This document shows positions 55,333 to 64,000 of a stretch of DNA of 64,000 nt, piece by piece (within the stretch, counting starts at the first letter, position 1; every line of letters begins with the position of its first letter). The notes beneath the pieces were generated by a model that saw only the letters and a list, made by a program, of their open reading frames with translations, did no database searches and was not told the DNA's origin. The DNA is from Bacteroidota bacterium (GTDB lineage: Bacteria; Bacteroidota; Bacteroidia; B-17B0; Aurantibacillaceae), in contig JAJNDK010000004.1 of assembly GCA_021156365.1 (NCBI GenBank), positions 255,137 to 319,136 on the forward strand, read 5' to 3'. The translations under genes were made by a program, and so were the position numbers.

Positions 55333-56043
55333 TTATTGGTTTACTGATTTACTCACATTATCCGAAACAGAGCCCAGCACATTCCAATCAAAGGGCGTCC
55401 AGAATCCTACACATATATCACTATTCTTCAGACATTGTCCTGTCCATACATTGCAGGTCTTCAAGAAGCTGTAAGTGCCTTCCGCCTCATAAAAATTATC
55501 GTTATCACCATATCCCGGAAGGGCAATGAGCTGTATCTTACTATCCGCACGCTTGAAAGAGGAAGAGATCTCTGTACACAATTTCTTATAGATTTCTTCG
55601 CTGATGAGCAGTTGCACACAATCCTCGTTTAGTTGGGGTTCTTTTTTTCTGTAGGTTACGTGCATGGCGGTATTGCTCATAAAGAACAGTGCTTTGAATG
55701 CGGTGGAAGCTTTCAGGTCGTCCCAGGTAGGAGTATCCAGGTAAAAACCTTTGTCGCCCCAGCCGAAGGAAAGGTATTGGAATGTACTGTCCACCTTTTC
55801 GAAAGTATTTACCGCAAAAGTGTCACGCCAGTTAACTATTGAATTGGTAGCGGGTACAACAATGTCGGTGTGCACACCATTACTTTTAATATAGATCGGA
55901 ATAGTGTTCTCTGCGCTTACATTTTGCGTGTTTACTTTTATTGCTGATAAACCCTGGGCACACAAAAAGTATACAATGATGAAGGCAACAAAGCCGAGCA
56001 GCAATTTCAACACAAATTTAAGTGACCGAAAAAGAAACGGCAT
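55333..56043 (-). CDS. hypothetical membrane-anchored protein
   Basis: N-terminal transmembrane helix; 236 aa. Confidence 0.4.
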   Translation of the reverse strand: MPFLFRSLKFVLKLLLGFVAFIIVYFLCAQGLSAIKVNTQNVSAENTIPIYIKSNGVHTDIVVPATNSIVNWRDTFAVNTFEKVDSTFQYLSFGWGDKGFYLDTPTWDDLKASTAFKALFFMSNTAMHVTYRKKEPQLNEDCVQLLISEEIYKKLCTEISSSFKRADSKIQLIALPGYGDNDNFYEAEGTYSFLKTCNVWTGQCLKNSDICVGFWTPFDWNVLGSVSDNVSKSVNQ

Positions 56044-56227
56044 TGCTTTGTTTTCCTTTAATGCAGGTTTTCGGAAAAAGTAACCCTTCGGTTAACCGGA
56101 GTGGTATTGATGTATTCCATTCAATCGGATGGGAAAGAATCGACAAAAGGAAGGTATTTTATTGATTTACAGAAGTGTAAACAAAAATGTCAAAAATACT
56201 TGACCAATCCGTTCTTTTCTTCGAATT

Positions 56228-56680
56228 ATGCAGATACACATGGGAGAAATACTGGAGAAGGCTATCCGGAAGAACAGGACGAACATAACTGCCCTGGCCA
56301 AACGTGTCAATTGTTCACGGCAGCACATCTATGATCTTTTTGAGGAAGACTATATCCCTGACCTTCAGCTGATCGAAAAGATCGGCAAGGTCATCAAACA
56401 CGATTTTTCGGAAGAGATTGCCGAGCTGAAAAATCCCTTGCACACCGCAGTAGAACCCAAAGAAGGATATGAGAACCTGACGGAAAAAGAACAGATCGTT
56501 CTGCTGGAACAGAAATATAAATTGCTGGAACAGAGATATGCCGGATTAATGGAACGATACCGTCTGCTGCAGGAAAAAACAGAAGCCGTGGAAGAAAATA
56601 ATCATCTGTTGAGAACAACGATCAAACTGATGAAGAAGCAACAACGGAAAAAATCGACAGAGAAGAAGAAACCCACCTAA
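56228..56680 (+). CDS. HTH plus coiled-coil protein
   Basis: N-terminal HTH-like (ITALAKRVNCSRQHIYDLF), C-terminal coiled coil; start may be the internal Met at 56240. Confidence 0.4.
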   Translation: MQIHMGEILEKAIRKNRTNITALAKRVNCSRQHIYDLFEEDYIPDLQLIEKIGKVIKHDFSEEIAELKNPLHTAVEPKEGYENLTEKEQIVLLEQKYKLLEQRYAGLMERYRLLQEKTEAVEENNHLLRTTIKLMKKQQRKKSTEKKKPT

Positions 56681-56777
56681 TACCGGAAAATAAGCAGAGA
56701 TATTTCACGCAGAGACGCTAAGAGCGCAAAGATCTTAATTGGTTTCTCTGCGGCCTTTGCGTCTCTGCGCGACCTGT

Positions 56778-59700
56778 TTATTTCATCACTTTCACCCGGA
56801 TACCTTCGCTGTGGCTGGTAAACTCTGGTGCATACATACACTGGATAGTTGTAATGCCATTGCTGAAATTCCCAAAATGCGTTACCACCACCGTGTATTC
56901 AAACACATAACTTCCTTTGCGGAGACTGGAGAAGAAGAAATTAGTGGAGGCATCTTTTGTGCTTTCATAATAACCCAATCCATCCTGCCATTTATACTGG
57001 CTGAATACATTCAAGGGCTCGAAACAGGAAGCGCGCATATCTTTCATATGCACATACTGCATATCCCTGTCCACTTTTAATTCGATACGAACCTTCACTT
57101 TGTCTCCGGGCTTCAAGGCAGTTTGATCGCTGATCGGAGTGATCACAGGTCCGCTCTTCGTGTTCTGCTGCAGGAATAATTTTTTTGTCAGCTTCAAGGG
57201 TGTTGCATGCGGTGTGATCTTATCCAGCTGCTCGAAATATTGCCAGTAGATAGCTCCCCAGCTCACGCCTTCGTCTTTCTTCGAAACCTTGACATTTCCC
57301 ATTTCCGGTTTGATCTCACTTCCGCTCCAGGTTTTTTTGAAATAGCCTGTGCCGGCTTCGGCTTTCAGTGTGGGATCGTTTTTCGGATCCAGTTTTTCGG
57401 ATCCAACGGTGATCTCTACATTCGGCTCCGTGCTCAACCAGTCGGTTCCGCGAAGCAGTAATGCATACACTGCTTCTGTGGTAGCTTTTGTAGTTCCCCA
57501 GTTCTGTGTCTGCTTGCTTTTCAATAACCATGTTTTTAATTCATCCACCGATTTCTGATCTCCATTGATCTCGTCAAATGCTTCAATTAACAGAGCCTGG
57601 CTTTCGATCGGTGCTTCGTACCAATAGAAGCCTTCGTAATTCTCTTTCCAGTACATACCCATTTCCTCGCTGTACAGTGCATTTTCTTTGAGCGATTTCA
57701 AAATGTCTTTCGGCGTTTTCAGATCTTTGTTACGGTGCAAAGCCAGAGCGATCATTCCCTGCATGTAGCGTGAGTTTTTCAGCCAGTGTTTTTTTGCTTG
57801 TGCTGTAAAGTAATCAACCGCTTTCTGGTTTCGTTTGCTCACTTTCACATCCGTGAAATAGCTTCGTGCATAGAGGTAATCGATCGCCATATAGCTCAGG
57901 TGATCGTTCTTCTCGAAATCCTTGTCGTATTTTTTGATCTCTTCGTATTCTTCACGGATCCTGTCATCACAATAAGCAGCAGCACGTTGTACCATGCTCC
58001 AGGTTTTGTAATCGCTGCGAACGCTTGTTACGCCTAATTTATCCAGGTGGCCCATACCCGACACAATGTGCTGGGTAATGTACCAGTCGTCCGGTCCGCC
58101 CTCGAACCACGGCCAGCCGCCATTGCTTACCTGCATTTTCTGCAGCTTGTTCATTGCCCGTGTCAGTTCGTTGCTCATGGTATTTAGGTCGAACAGGAGC
58201 GCAACACGTTTTTTGTTCTCGCTTTCACTTTTCGCCTGCAATACCCACGGCGTTTCTTCCAGCATCAGCGATTTTAGCTCCTGGTTTTTTTGCAGGTTGG
58301 AGAAGAATGCCTCCGGGCTGCTTTGTTTCCAGGATTCGAATATCTGTTTGATCTTCGGTTTTGAATTTACGATATGTGATGCGAGACTGTTTGCATAATA
58401 GCGGGAGAAGGTTTGCTCCGAGCACTCATATGGATATTCGATCAGGTAAGGAAGGGATTGAACCGCATACCAGGCAGGATTAGCAGTAAATTCCAATGTT
58501 ACTTTATGATTGCGCAGCGTGGTCGAATTGTTATTTTGACTGATCAGTTTCTGGAACGTGAAATCTTTTGTTTGTTTGCTGCGGATCGGCAAAGGCATGC
58601 TTTCCGTTACCAGCATACTGTTGGTAAGAACCGGCAAAGCCATTTCTTCTCCATCGGTAAAATTCCCTGCTTTCGCTACCACTTTGTATTTGATGGCACC
58701 AATACCTTCCGGTATACTGATGTTCCATTCGAGCAATGCACTCTGGCCTTTTTTTGAAGAGAAGGTACGCTCACCGATAGTTGAGAATTTACCATGCATA
58801 GCCTCGATCATTCTGGAGCTGATCTCTTTATCGGTAAGTGCATCATAGAACAGCAGATCGGCAGTTCCGCTCAGTTCTTTATCCGAGAGGTTCACTACTT
58901 TGGCAGTAAAGGTCATTTTATCATTCTCGCGCAGGAACCGGGGAGCATTAGGCTGCACCATCAGGTCTTTTTGTGTTTGCACTTCTTTTTCGATTTGACC
59001 GTATTTCAGATCTTTGGTATGTGCAAAGCCTTTGAACTTCCATTTGGTGAGGGATTCCGGAACCGTAAATTTCACTACGTATTCGCCTTTTTCATTGATC
59101 TGGACCTGCGGAAAGAAGAAAGCGGTTTCGCTGAAATTGGAACGTGCTTTTACTTCGCCACCAATTCCGTCTTTGCCGGTCCGATCGTCCATTTCCGAAT
59201 TTTTTGTTTTCGGTGAGGTAACCCCTGCCAATGCAGATGTTACAGGCATTGCTGTAGTCTCATCTCCGGCAAAGGCATCGCTTTTCGAATTTTCTTCGCG
59301 CTTAGCACCTTTTTTTGAAGGTTTGTTTTCAGTAACGGTCTGCGTGGCCACATTTCCTTCTTCGGTAGGTGGGGCTTCAGCCATATCCATTTCCGCATAT
59401 TCATAGTCGGGATTCAAATCATGGGAATAGCGATAGGAGTAGTAATACATTCCGAAATTGTTGAGGTGATCATAATTCCTGTATGGAACAGCATGATACA
59501 CGACAAGATCTTTAGAACATTCCCTGCTGGTTGTTGTAAGTCCGGCTTCTGAGCTCAGCGGCAATGTAGAATAGTAATAATCATAAATATTCATGTACCA
59601 GCTGGAGCTTCTGAATTCATCGAGGGAAGCATCGTACATAGCCGCCAGCAATTCGGCCGTTTCTTTTTCGCCTTTTTTATTCTTGATGATCATTTTCCAT

Positions 59701-62700
59701 TCCTCTTCCTGCCCCGGCAATAATTTATTCCGGAAGGTCTCGAAGCTGATGTCGAGCTCTTTGTTGGTATAGGGAACAGTCACCACCTGTGTATGTGAGT
59801 AGAACCGATTGTTTTTCAGGAAACTGATATAATACACAAAATTACCGCGGTATCCTTCTTCGATCGTTATCTCTACCGGTTTCATGGAAGCTTTCTGTGT
59901 GAGGGATGCAACAATCACTTCCCCATGTTCGATCTCAAGTTTGTAATTGAGGTCTTTTAAAGCGGATGCAAGTATATAGGATGCTTTTTCTCCGGGTTCT
60001 CCCTTGTCCTTCAAAACTTTGAGCCAATCGATCTCTTTTTCCGGAATGCTCTCGTTCCCGGTAGAGTAAAGTGTTACATAACGCACATCTTTTACTTCTT
60101 CCCCGAATTTGTCCTTACAAATAGCTTCCAGCACATACACGCCGGGTTTCATTTCTTTCAGCCGGCTTGCCCAGTCGATCTCTTTTTGCGTTTTGGTGTC
60201 GAAAGAAAATTCCGCTACCTGTTTTTCTTTCGTCCATTTATATTTATTGGTTTCGTCTTCGTATTTATCATATGGGAACAGCTTATAATATTCTTCTTTC
60301 GGAATGATCTTTTTGTCGGGTTCCTGCCACAAACGTTCTCTGAATGCCCGGTCGGGCTGATTAAGCGCATACATGGTGATCTTTCCCTGTGCAGCTTCAT
60401 CCACGCCATTCAGGTTGGTAGTAGATACACGCAGTTTTTCTGCATTGGCAATATCTGTCTCTTCCGGAATGCTGAGGCTCAGGTTGAGAGATTTGTAACC
60501 CACATTTATCCAGGTTTGTGCACTGTGCGTTTCGCCGTTGAGATCGGTTACATCTGCATAAACGGTATAGTTATAGGTCGGCTGTTCTTTTTTGCTTACG
60601 GATGGATCCGGGAATGCTTTGAACTTTATTTCAAAAGCGCCGGTATCATTACTTTTCATTACACCGTTCATTATTTCAACGGGCTCCGTGTTCCCATAGT
60701 AACCGCGGTACCAATACCACCAGCCCGGGTAACTTACATTTCGCACCACGCGGTAACTCACGTCTGCACCATCTATATTGTATCCTGCAAACGCTTTGGC
60801 TGTTCCGGTCACGGTCACTTCTTCATTCAGCTTGTAGCTTCCTTTTACCGGTTCAAATGTTGCCTCGAATTTCGGGCGCTTGTATTCTTCTACGGAAAAA
60901 TAAGTGCTTCCGTAATTGTCCATGATATTCATATTCCCGTTCAGTAAGCCCTGCGGGATAACAAAGCTTCCGCTCACCGTTCCATATTCATTGGTGGTTA
61001 GCGTTTGTGTGGTCACGGTTTGATAGTTCACATCACGTAACTGAATATACACTTGTGTATTCGGAAGTAATTTATTGCTGGTTCCATCACCGGATAAATG
61101 AATGGCTTTGAAATGAACGGTTTGACCCGGACGATAAATACCCCTGTCAGTAAAGAAGAAGGTCTTCGTACGGTTTTTATCATACTCATACGGCTTATAG
61201 GCATAAAAGGCCCTGTCGGAATAATAGTAGTCTTTGTCGCTGTTAAATTCAAGGTAAAAATTGCTGGAGTAATTATTGTCGCTGATAAATGGGATATTCA
61301 AAGAACCATTCTTGTCGGAAGTGTAAGATCCTTTGTTCTCCATTTTGTATTTGCGGTCCTTGTAGTCATAACGCTCCATCCACACGGTGGTTTTTACATT
61401 GGCCAGCGCTTCTCCGGTCTGGCGGTGAAGTATGCTGATGTCGAAGCTGGCATCTTTGTTTTTACGACTGGTGTAGGCAATATCGCTGTACCACAGATCG
61501 GTGTAGGTAACAATGTTCTTGTCGCAGGAAAAGGTTGGAGAAGTGGATGCAAGCAAAGTATAAAAGCCAACCGGCAGTTCAGGGATCTTTGCCTCTACGG
61601 TGTGTGAGTTGTAGTCTTTATCATCCGGCACATCATATTCGAATGAGGCTACCGGCTTCTCATCCGTGTATTTTTTTATCAGCTTGTCTCCATACACGTC
61701 GCGGGTGAGCTCCCTGTTCTTTTTGTAATCGGATTTTATGACGCGGAAATATACTTTGCTAACATTGTTGTAACGCAGGAGTGTGCGTGCAGGTTTACCC
61801 GGTTCGTTCACATCTTCGGCAGTAAGACTGAGGGCTTTCCGTTTGATGTTTTCGAGCATTGGTGCTGCGAGCTTTGCGCCATAACTTTCAGGGAACAGGG
61901 TTATGGCTTTTTCTCCATAAGCGATCGCTGTTTTATTGAACCATTTGTATTCGTCTCCCTTCAATGGGCTGTATTTTCCGGAGTTAGAAGCATACCATTG
62001 TCCGATCTTTACAAGCGCTTCGGCTGAGGAAGGGCTGCCCTTGTGTTTTTCAGCGATGTAATGAAGTGCCCGCAGGTAAAGTGAGTCTTTGCGCTCGTTT
62101 TTCGATTGACTGTTTATAAAGCTCAGCCTGTTCAGGTCTGCATCGATAAGTGCTTCTGGTTTCGCATCATTCAGGTGAAAAGCAAGCAGGTCCTGGTACA
62201 ATCGGAGTGCATAATATTTCAAATTGAGCGTGTCATCCGGATTTTTTACTTCAAGCGTACTGAATTCCTTTGCAGGCAGGTAATACACCGAGTCATTCAT
62301 GCTGAACCGGTTAGCCGGGCGCGATACATCCGCTTCACTGCTTTCGTAGAAATCGAGCGCACGGTTGGCAAGGAAATCATAAAGTGTAGGACGGAAGTCC
62401 CGTGCATCTGTTGTTCCTTTATTGAGTATTTCGTCGTAGATGTTTATTGGTGTCCTTTTTAAGCTGTCGGCGCTTTCAAGCGAAGCCCTGTAGTTCTTGA
62501 TGGTTTCCGAGAGCAATTGATTCAATGTCCAAGTGCTTACGTCATCGTTCTTAAAATTAACGGTAGTGGAGCGATTCAGGAATTTCCAGCGGTTATTCTG
62601 GTAATAGCTCCAGTAGGCATCAGCAAGGATGCTTTGAATAACAGGTTTCACCGGAAATTTACTGCCGGCGATCTCAGTGTTGAGTTTGTAGATCGATTTT

Positions 62701-63017
62701 TCCAGCGAAAATTCTTCCATTTGCGATTCCAGCTTCATTTTCTTCATGATGGCTTTTACAAACTGGGGCGCGTTGTTCTCTTTTTTTGCGAGGGTATAGA
62801 TGCCATTCACCACTTCGAGGGCAGATTTAGTAAGTCCTTTGTTGGTAAGGGAGTCCACCCGTTTCCATAATTTGGAATAATCGCTGCCTTTTTCAAAAAC
62901 CAGTGTTTGCATCGGTTTTGGTTTTGTGTACGCATTGCTCAGGAATCCAACCGAAATGAGGAGCGAGGAAACACAGATAAACAGGACTGAAAGGATCTTT
63001 TTAATAGTCATAAACAA
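56778..63017 (-). CDS. alpha-2-macroglobulin family protein (thioester region CSEQ variant)
   Basis: 2079 aa, signal peptide, MG-domain repeats, thioester-region motif YPYECSEQTFS. Confidence 0.8.
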   Translation of the reverse strand: MFMTIKKILSVLFICVSSLLISVGFLSNAYTKPKPMQTLVFEKGSDYSKLWKRVDSLTNKGLTKSALEVVNGIYTLAKKENNAPQFVKAIMKKMKLESQMEEFSLEKSIYKLNTEIAGSKFPVKPVIQSILADAYWSYYQNNRWKFLNRSTTVNFKNDDVSTWTLNQLLSETIKNYRASLESADSLKRTPINIYDEILNKGTTDARDFRPTLYDFLANRALDFYESSEADVSRPANRFSMNDSVYYLPAKEFSTLEVKNPDDTLNLKYYALRLYQDLLAFHLNDAKPEALIDADLNRLSFINSQSKNERKDSLYLRALHYIAEKHKGSPSSAEALVKIGQWYASNSGKYSPLKGDEYKWFNKTAIAYGEKAITLFPESYGAKLAAPMLENIKRKALSLTAEDVNEPGKPARTLLRYNNVSKVYFRVIKSDYKKNRELTRDVYGDKLIKKYTDEKPVASFEYDVPDDKDYNSHTVEAKIPELPVGFYTLLASTSPTFSCDKNIVTYTDLWYSDIAYTSRKNKDASFDISILHRQTGEALANVKTTVWMERYDYKDRKYKMENKGSYTSDKNGSLNIPFISDNNYSSNFYLEFNSDKDYYYSDRAFYAYKPYEYDKNRTKTFFFTDRGIYRPGQTVHFKAIHLSGDGTSNKLLPNTQVYIQLRDVNYQTVTTQTLTTNEYGTVSGSFVIPQGLLNGNMNIMDNYGSTYFSVEEYKRPKFEATFEPVKGSYKLNEEVTVTGTAKAFAGYNIDGADVSYRVVRNVSYPGWWYWYRGYYGNTEPVEIMNGVMKSNDTGAFEIKFKAFPDPSVSKKEQPTYNYTVYADVTDLNGETHSAQTWINVGYKSLNLSLSIPEETDIANAEKLRVSTTNLNGVDEAAQGKITMYALNQPDRAFRERLWQEPDKKIIPKEEYYKLFPYDKYEDETNKYKWTKEKQVAEFSFDTKTQKEIDWASRLKEMKPGVYVLEAICKDKFGEEVKDVRYVTLYSTGNESIPEKEIDWLKVLKDKGEPGEKASYILASALKDLNYKLEIEHGEVIVASLTQKASMKPVEITIEEGYRGNFVYYISFLKNNRFYSHTQVVTVPYTNKELDISFETFRNKLLPGQEEEWKMIIKNKKGEKETAELLAAMYDASLDEFRSSSWYMNIYDYYYSTLPLSSEAGLTTTSRECSKDLVVYHAVPYRNYDHLNNFGMYYYSYRYSHDLNPDYEYAEMDMAEAPPTEEGNVATQTVTENKPSKKGAKREENSKSDAFAGDETTAMPVTSALAGVTSPKTKNSEMDDRTGKDGIGGEVKARSNFSETAFFFPQVQINEKGEYVVKFTVPESLTKWKFKGFAHTKDLKYGQIEKEVQTQKDLMVQPNAPRFLRENDKMTFTAKVVNLSDKELSGTADLLFYDALTDKEISSRMIEAMHGKFSTIGERTFSSKKGQSALLEWNISIPEGIGAIKYKVVAKAGNFTDGEEMALPVLTNSMLVTESMPLPIRSKQTKDFTFQKLISQNNNSTTLRNHKVTLEFTANPAWYAVQSLPYLIEYPYECSEQTFSRYYANSLASHIVNSKPKIKQIFESWKQSSPEAFFSNLQKNQELKSLMLEETPWVLQAKSESENKKRVALLFDLNTMSNELTRAMNKLQKMQVSNGGWPWFEGGPDDWYITQHIVSGMGHLDKLGVTSVRSDYKTWSMVQRAAAYCDDRIREEYEEIKKYDKDFEKNDHLSYMAIDYLYARSYFTDVKVSKRNQKAVDYFTAQAKKHWLKNSRYMQGMIALALHRNKDLKTPKDILKSLKENALYSEEMGMYWKENYEGFYWYEAPIESQALLIEAFDEINGDQKSVDELKTWLLKSKQTQNWGTTKATTEAVYALLLRGTDWLSTEPNVEITVGSEKLDPKNDPTLKAEAGTGYFKKTWSGSEIKPEMGNVKVSKKDEGVSWGAIYWQYFEQLDKITPHATPLKLTKKLFLQQNTKSGPVITPISDQTALKPGDKVKVRIELKVDRDMQYVHMKDMRASCFEPLNVFSQYKWQDGLGYYESTKDASTNFFFSSLRKGSYVFEYTVVVTHFGNFSNGITTIQCMYAPEFTSHSEGIRVKVMK

Positions 63018-63064
63018 ATGTTTAATTATCAGATGAAATTAGGGCAAAAATTCCATAAAAGAAA

Positions 63065-63110
63065 AGGCTGCCCCCTTTTCGTCAAGCTCAGAATGACGAG
63101 GGGCAGCCTT
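63065..63110 (-). terminator. rho-independent terminator
   Basis: GGCTGCCCC..GGGGCAGCC hairpin followed by a T-run on the minus strand; loop TCGTCAAGCTCAGAATGACG resembles the 35745-35797 terminator. Confidence 0.55.
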
Positions 63111-63132
63111 TCGGATAAAGTGTATTGTTTTT

Positions 63133-63759
63133 CTATAAAGCGTCCAGGATCCGCAGTATAGCGATCACGATAGCTGCCAGACCTAACAGACCGAAAGGCC
63201 CGAGGAAAAACCAGCTAAAAAGGAGTAAGAACAGGATAAGATCCACAATGAACCATACATCCGTTTGTTTATCCCATAAATACATAGCCAAAGGTGGAAT
63301 AAACAAAGCGAGGATAATGCACAGGATCATTTTTACATCGCTGTCTCCGCCGCCTGTTGATTGTGATTCCTTTTGCTGAACGCGTGTTCCCTGTTTCAGC
63401 TGCTTGTTTTTAATAGTGGTTTGTTCAACATCGTTTTTTTCTGTTGCCGGTAAGCTTACTGTTGTTTTACTTGTTTTCTTCGTAAATCCGTTCAGGGACG
63501 TGTTTTCCTGTATGCCACCTTTGATCTGCGGGGCTGTTGCCTGGGACGCAGGCAGGGATTGAGCTACAGGCTCCATATCGGAAATTGGTTCTTTGGTGCT
63601 TTGTTTTGCCACACCTTCCTGCGGCGTTAAAGGGGATTTGTGCTTATCGAAATGATAACCTTTTGTATACCTGCGCTTGGTCACGTCCATGGTGTTTTTG
63701 CAGGAAGATACAAGGAACACAAGTCCCAGTGCTGCTAAAAGTAAATATGTTTTTTTCAT
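63133..63759 (-). CDS. lipoprotein with C-terminal YqaE/Pmp3-like membrane domain
   Basis: lipobox VSSC; C-terminal two-transmembrane Pmp3-like segment (ILCIILALFIPPLAMYLW...). Confidence 0.5.
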   Translation of the reverse strand: MKKTYLLLAALGLVFLVSSCKNTMDVTKRRYTKGYHFDKHKSPLTPQEGVAKQSTKEPISDMEPVAQSLPASQATAPQIKGGIQENTSLNGFTKKTSKTTVSLPATEKNDVEQTTIKNKQLKQGTRVQQKESQSTGGGDSDVKMILCIILALFIPPLAMYLWDKQTDVWFIVDLILFLLLFSWFFLGPFGLLGLAAIVIAILRILDAL

Positions 63760-64000
63760 ACGAATTGGGTTACTGGTTTATTCGTCTAAAGTATGGATTT
63801 GTTTGCCTGCCCTGAAAGAAATTTTACGTTTTTTATGAATAGCCGGCGGTTGGAAAAAATTCATTGTGCCGATAATAGTTATATTTGCAAACTATTTTGG
63901 AATTCAACTAATTTATGCAAGCTACCAAAACCGAACCGGATATTCCTGTAGGAACGCGGACACTCATCCTGTCCAAGCTGTATTACGGAGTATTATCGAA

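Overview
This window looks like Bacteroidota (Chitinophagaceae-like) chromosome. Two unusual loci sit between blocks of ordinary housekeeping and accessory genes.

The ordinary genes include an HxlR/DoxX pair, two TPR-containing LytS-type histidine kinases (one with a LytTR response regulator), a DEAD-box helicase, CspA, a fatty-acid desaturase, HrpB, an ArsR-SRPBCC x4-DHFR-like cluster, an ECF sigma/anti-sigma pair, vWA proteins and a 2079-aa alpha-2-macroglobulin.

Locus 1 (about 24.0-41.9 kb) is AT-rich and is a densely packed RNA-repair and tRNA island:
- On the minus strand, a T4-like trio of Rnl1-type RNA ligase, Pnkp (P-loop kinase plus DxDGT phosphatase) and a Pol-beta nucleotidyltransferase.
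- A Ro60/TROVE (Rsr) gene, an HTH-WYL regulator, a second Rnl5/DraRnl-type RNA ligase, a Thg1-like 3'-5' polymerase and a DEDDh exonuclease.
- Two minus-strand arrays of about 30 tRNA and tRNA-like genes with 1-14 nt spacers, AT-rich acceptor stems and some genomically encoded CCA ends.
- Several tRNA-like genes have one arm (T-arm or anticodon arm) cleanly replaced by a perfect palindromic hairpin (core CCCGATAGCTATCGGG or CACGCTATAGCGTG). One carries a ~70-nt structured insertion in the anticodon loop. Two D-armless tRNA-like hairpins with TGCAAAT loops lie just downstream of rsr and are candidate Y-RNA-like partners.
- A palindromic operator CTGCGCAA-N5-TTGCGCAG occurs 50-90 bp upstream of the Rnl1 operon, rsr and the WYL gene, and twice inside the tRNA array. 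This points to a WYL-controlled RNA-damage regulon.

Locus 2 (42.8-49.3 kb) is a retron-type reverse transcriptase (NAxxH, VTG and YADD motifs; 170-aa coiled-coil N-extension). A candidate msr/msd RNA lies directly upstream, flanked by a1/a2 inverted repeats and containing a 20-bp-stem hairpin. A SWIM zinc-finger protein and a 1014-aa HEAT/ARM-like protein sit in the same operon as possible new effectors.

Several dispersed small repeat families were found; no CRISPR array, integrase or transposase was seen.

Every RNA gene and fold below was worked out by hand from the sequence and needs checking with tRNAscan-SE and covariance-model tools.
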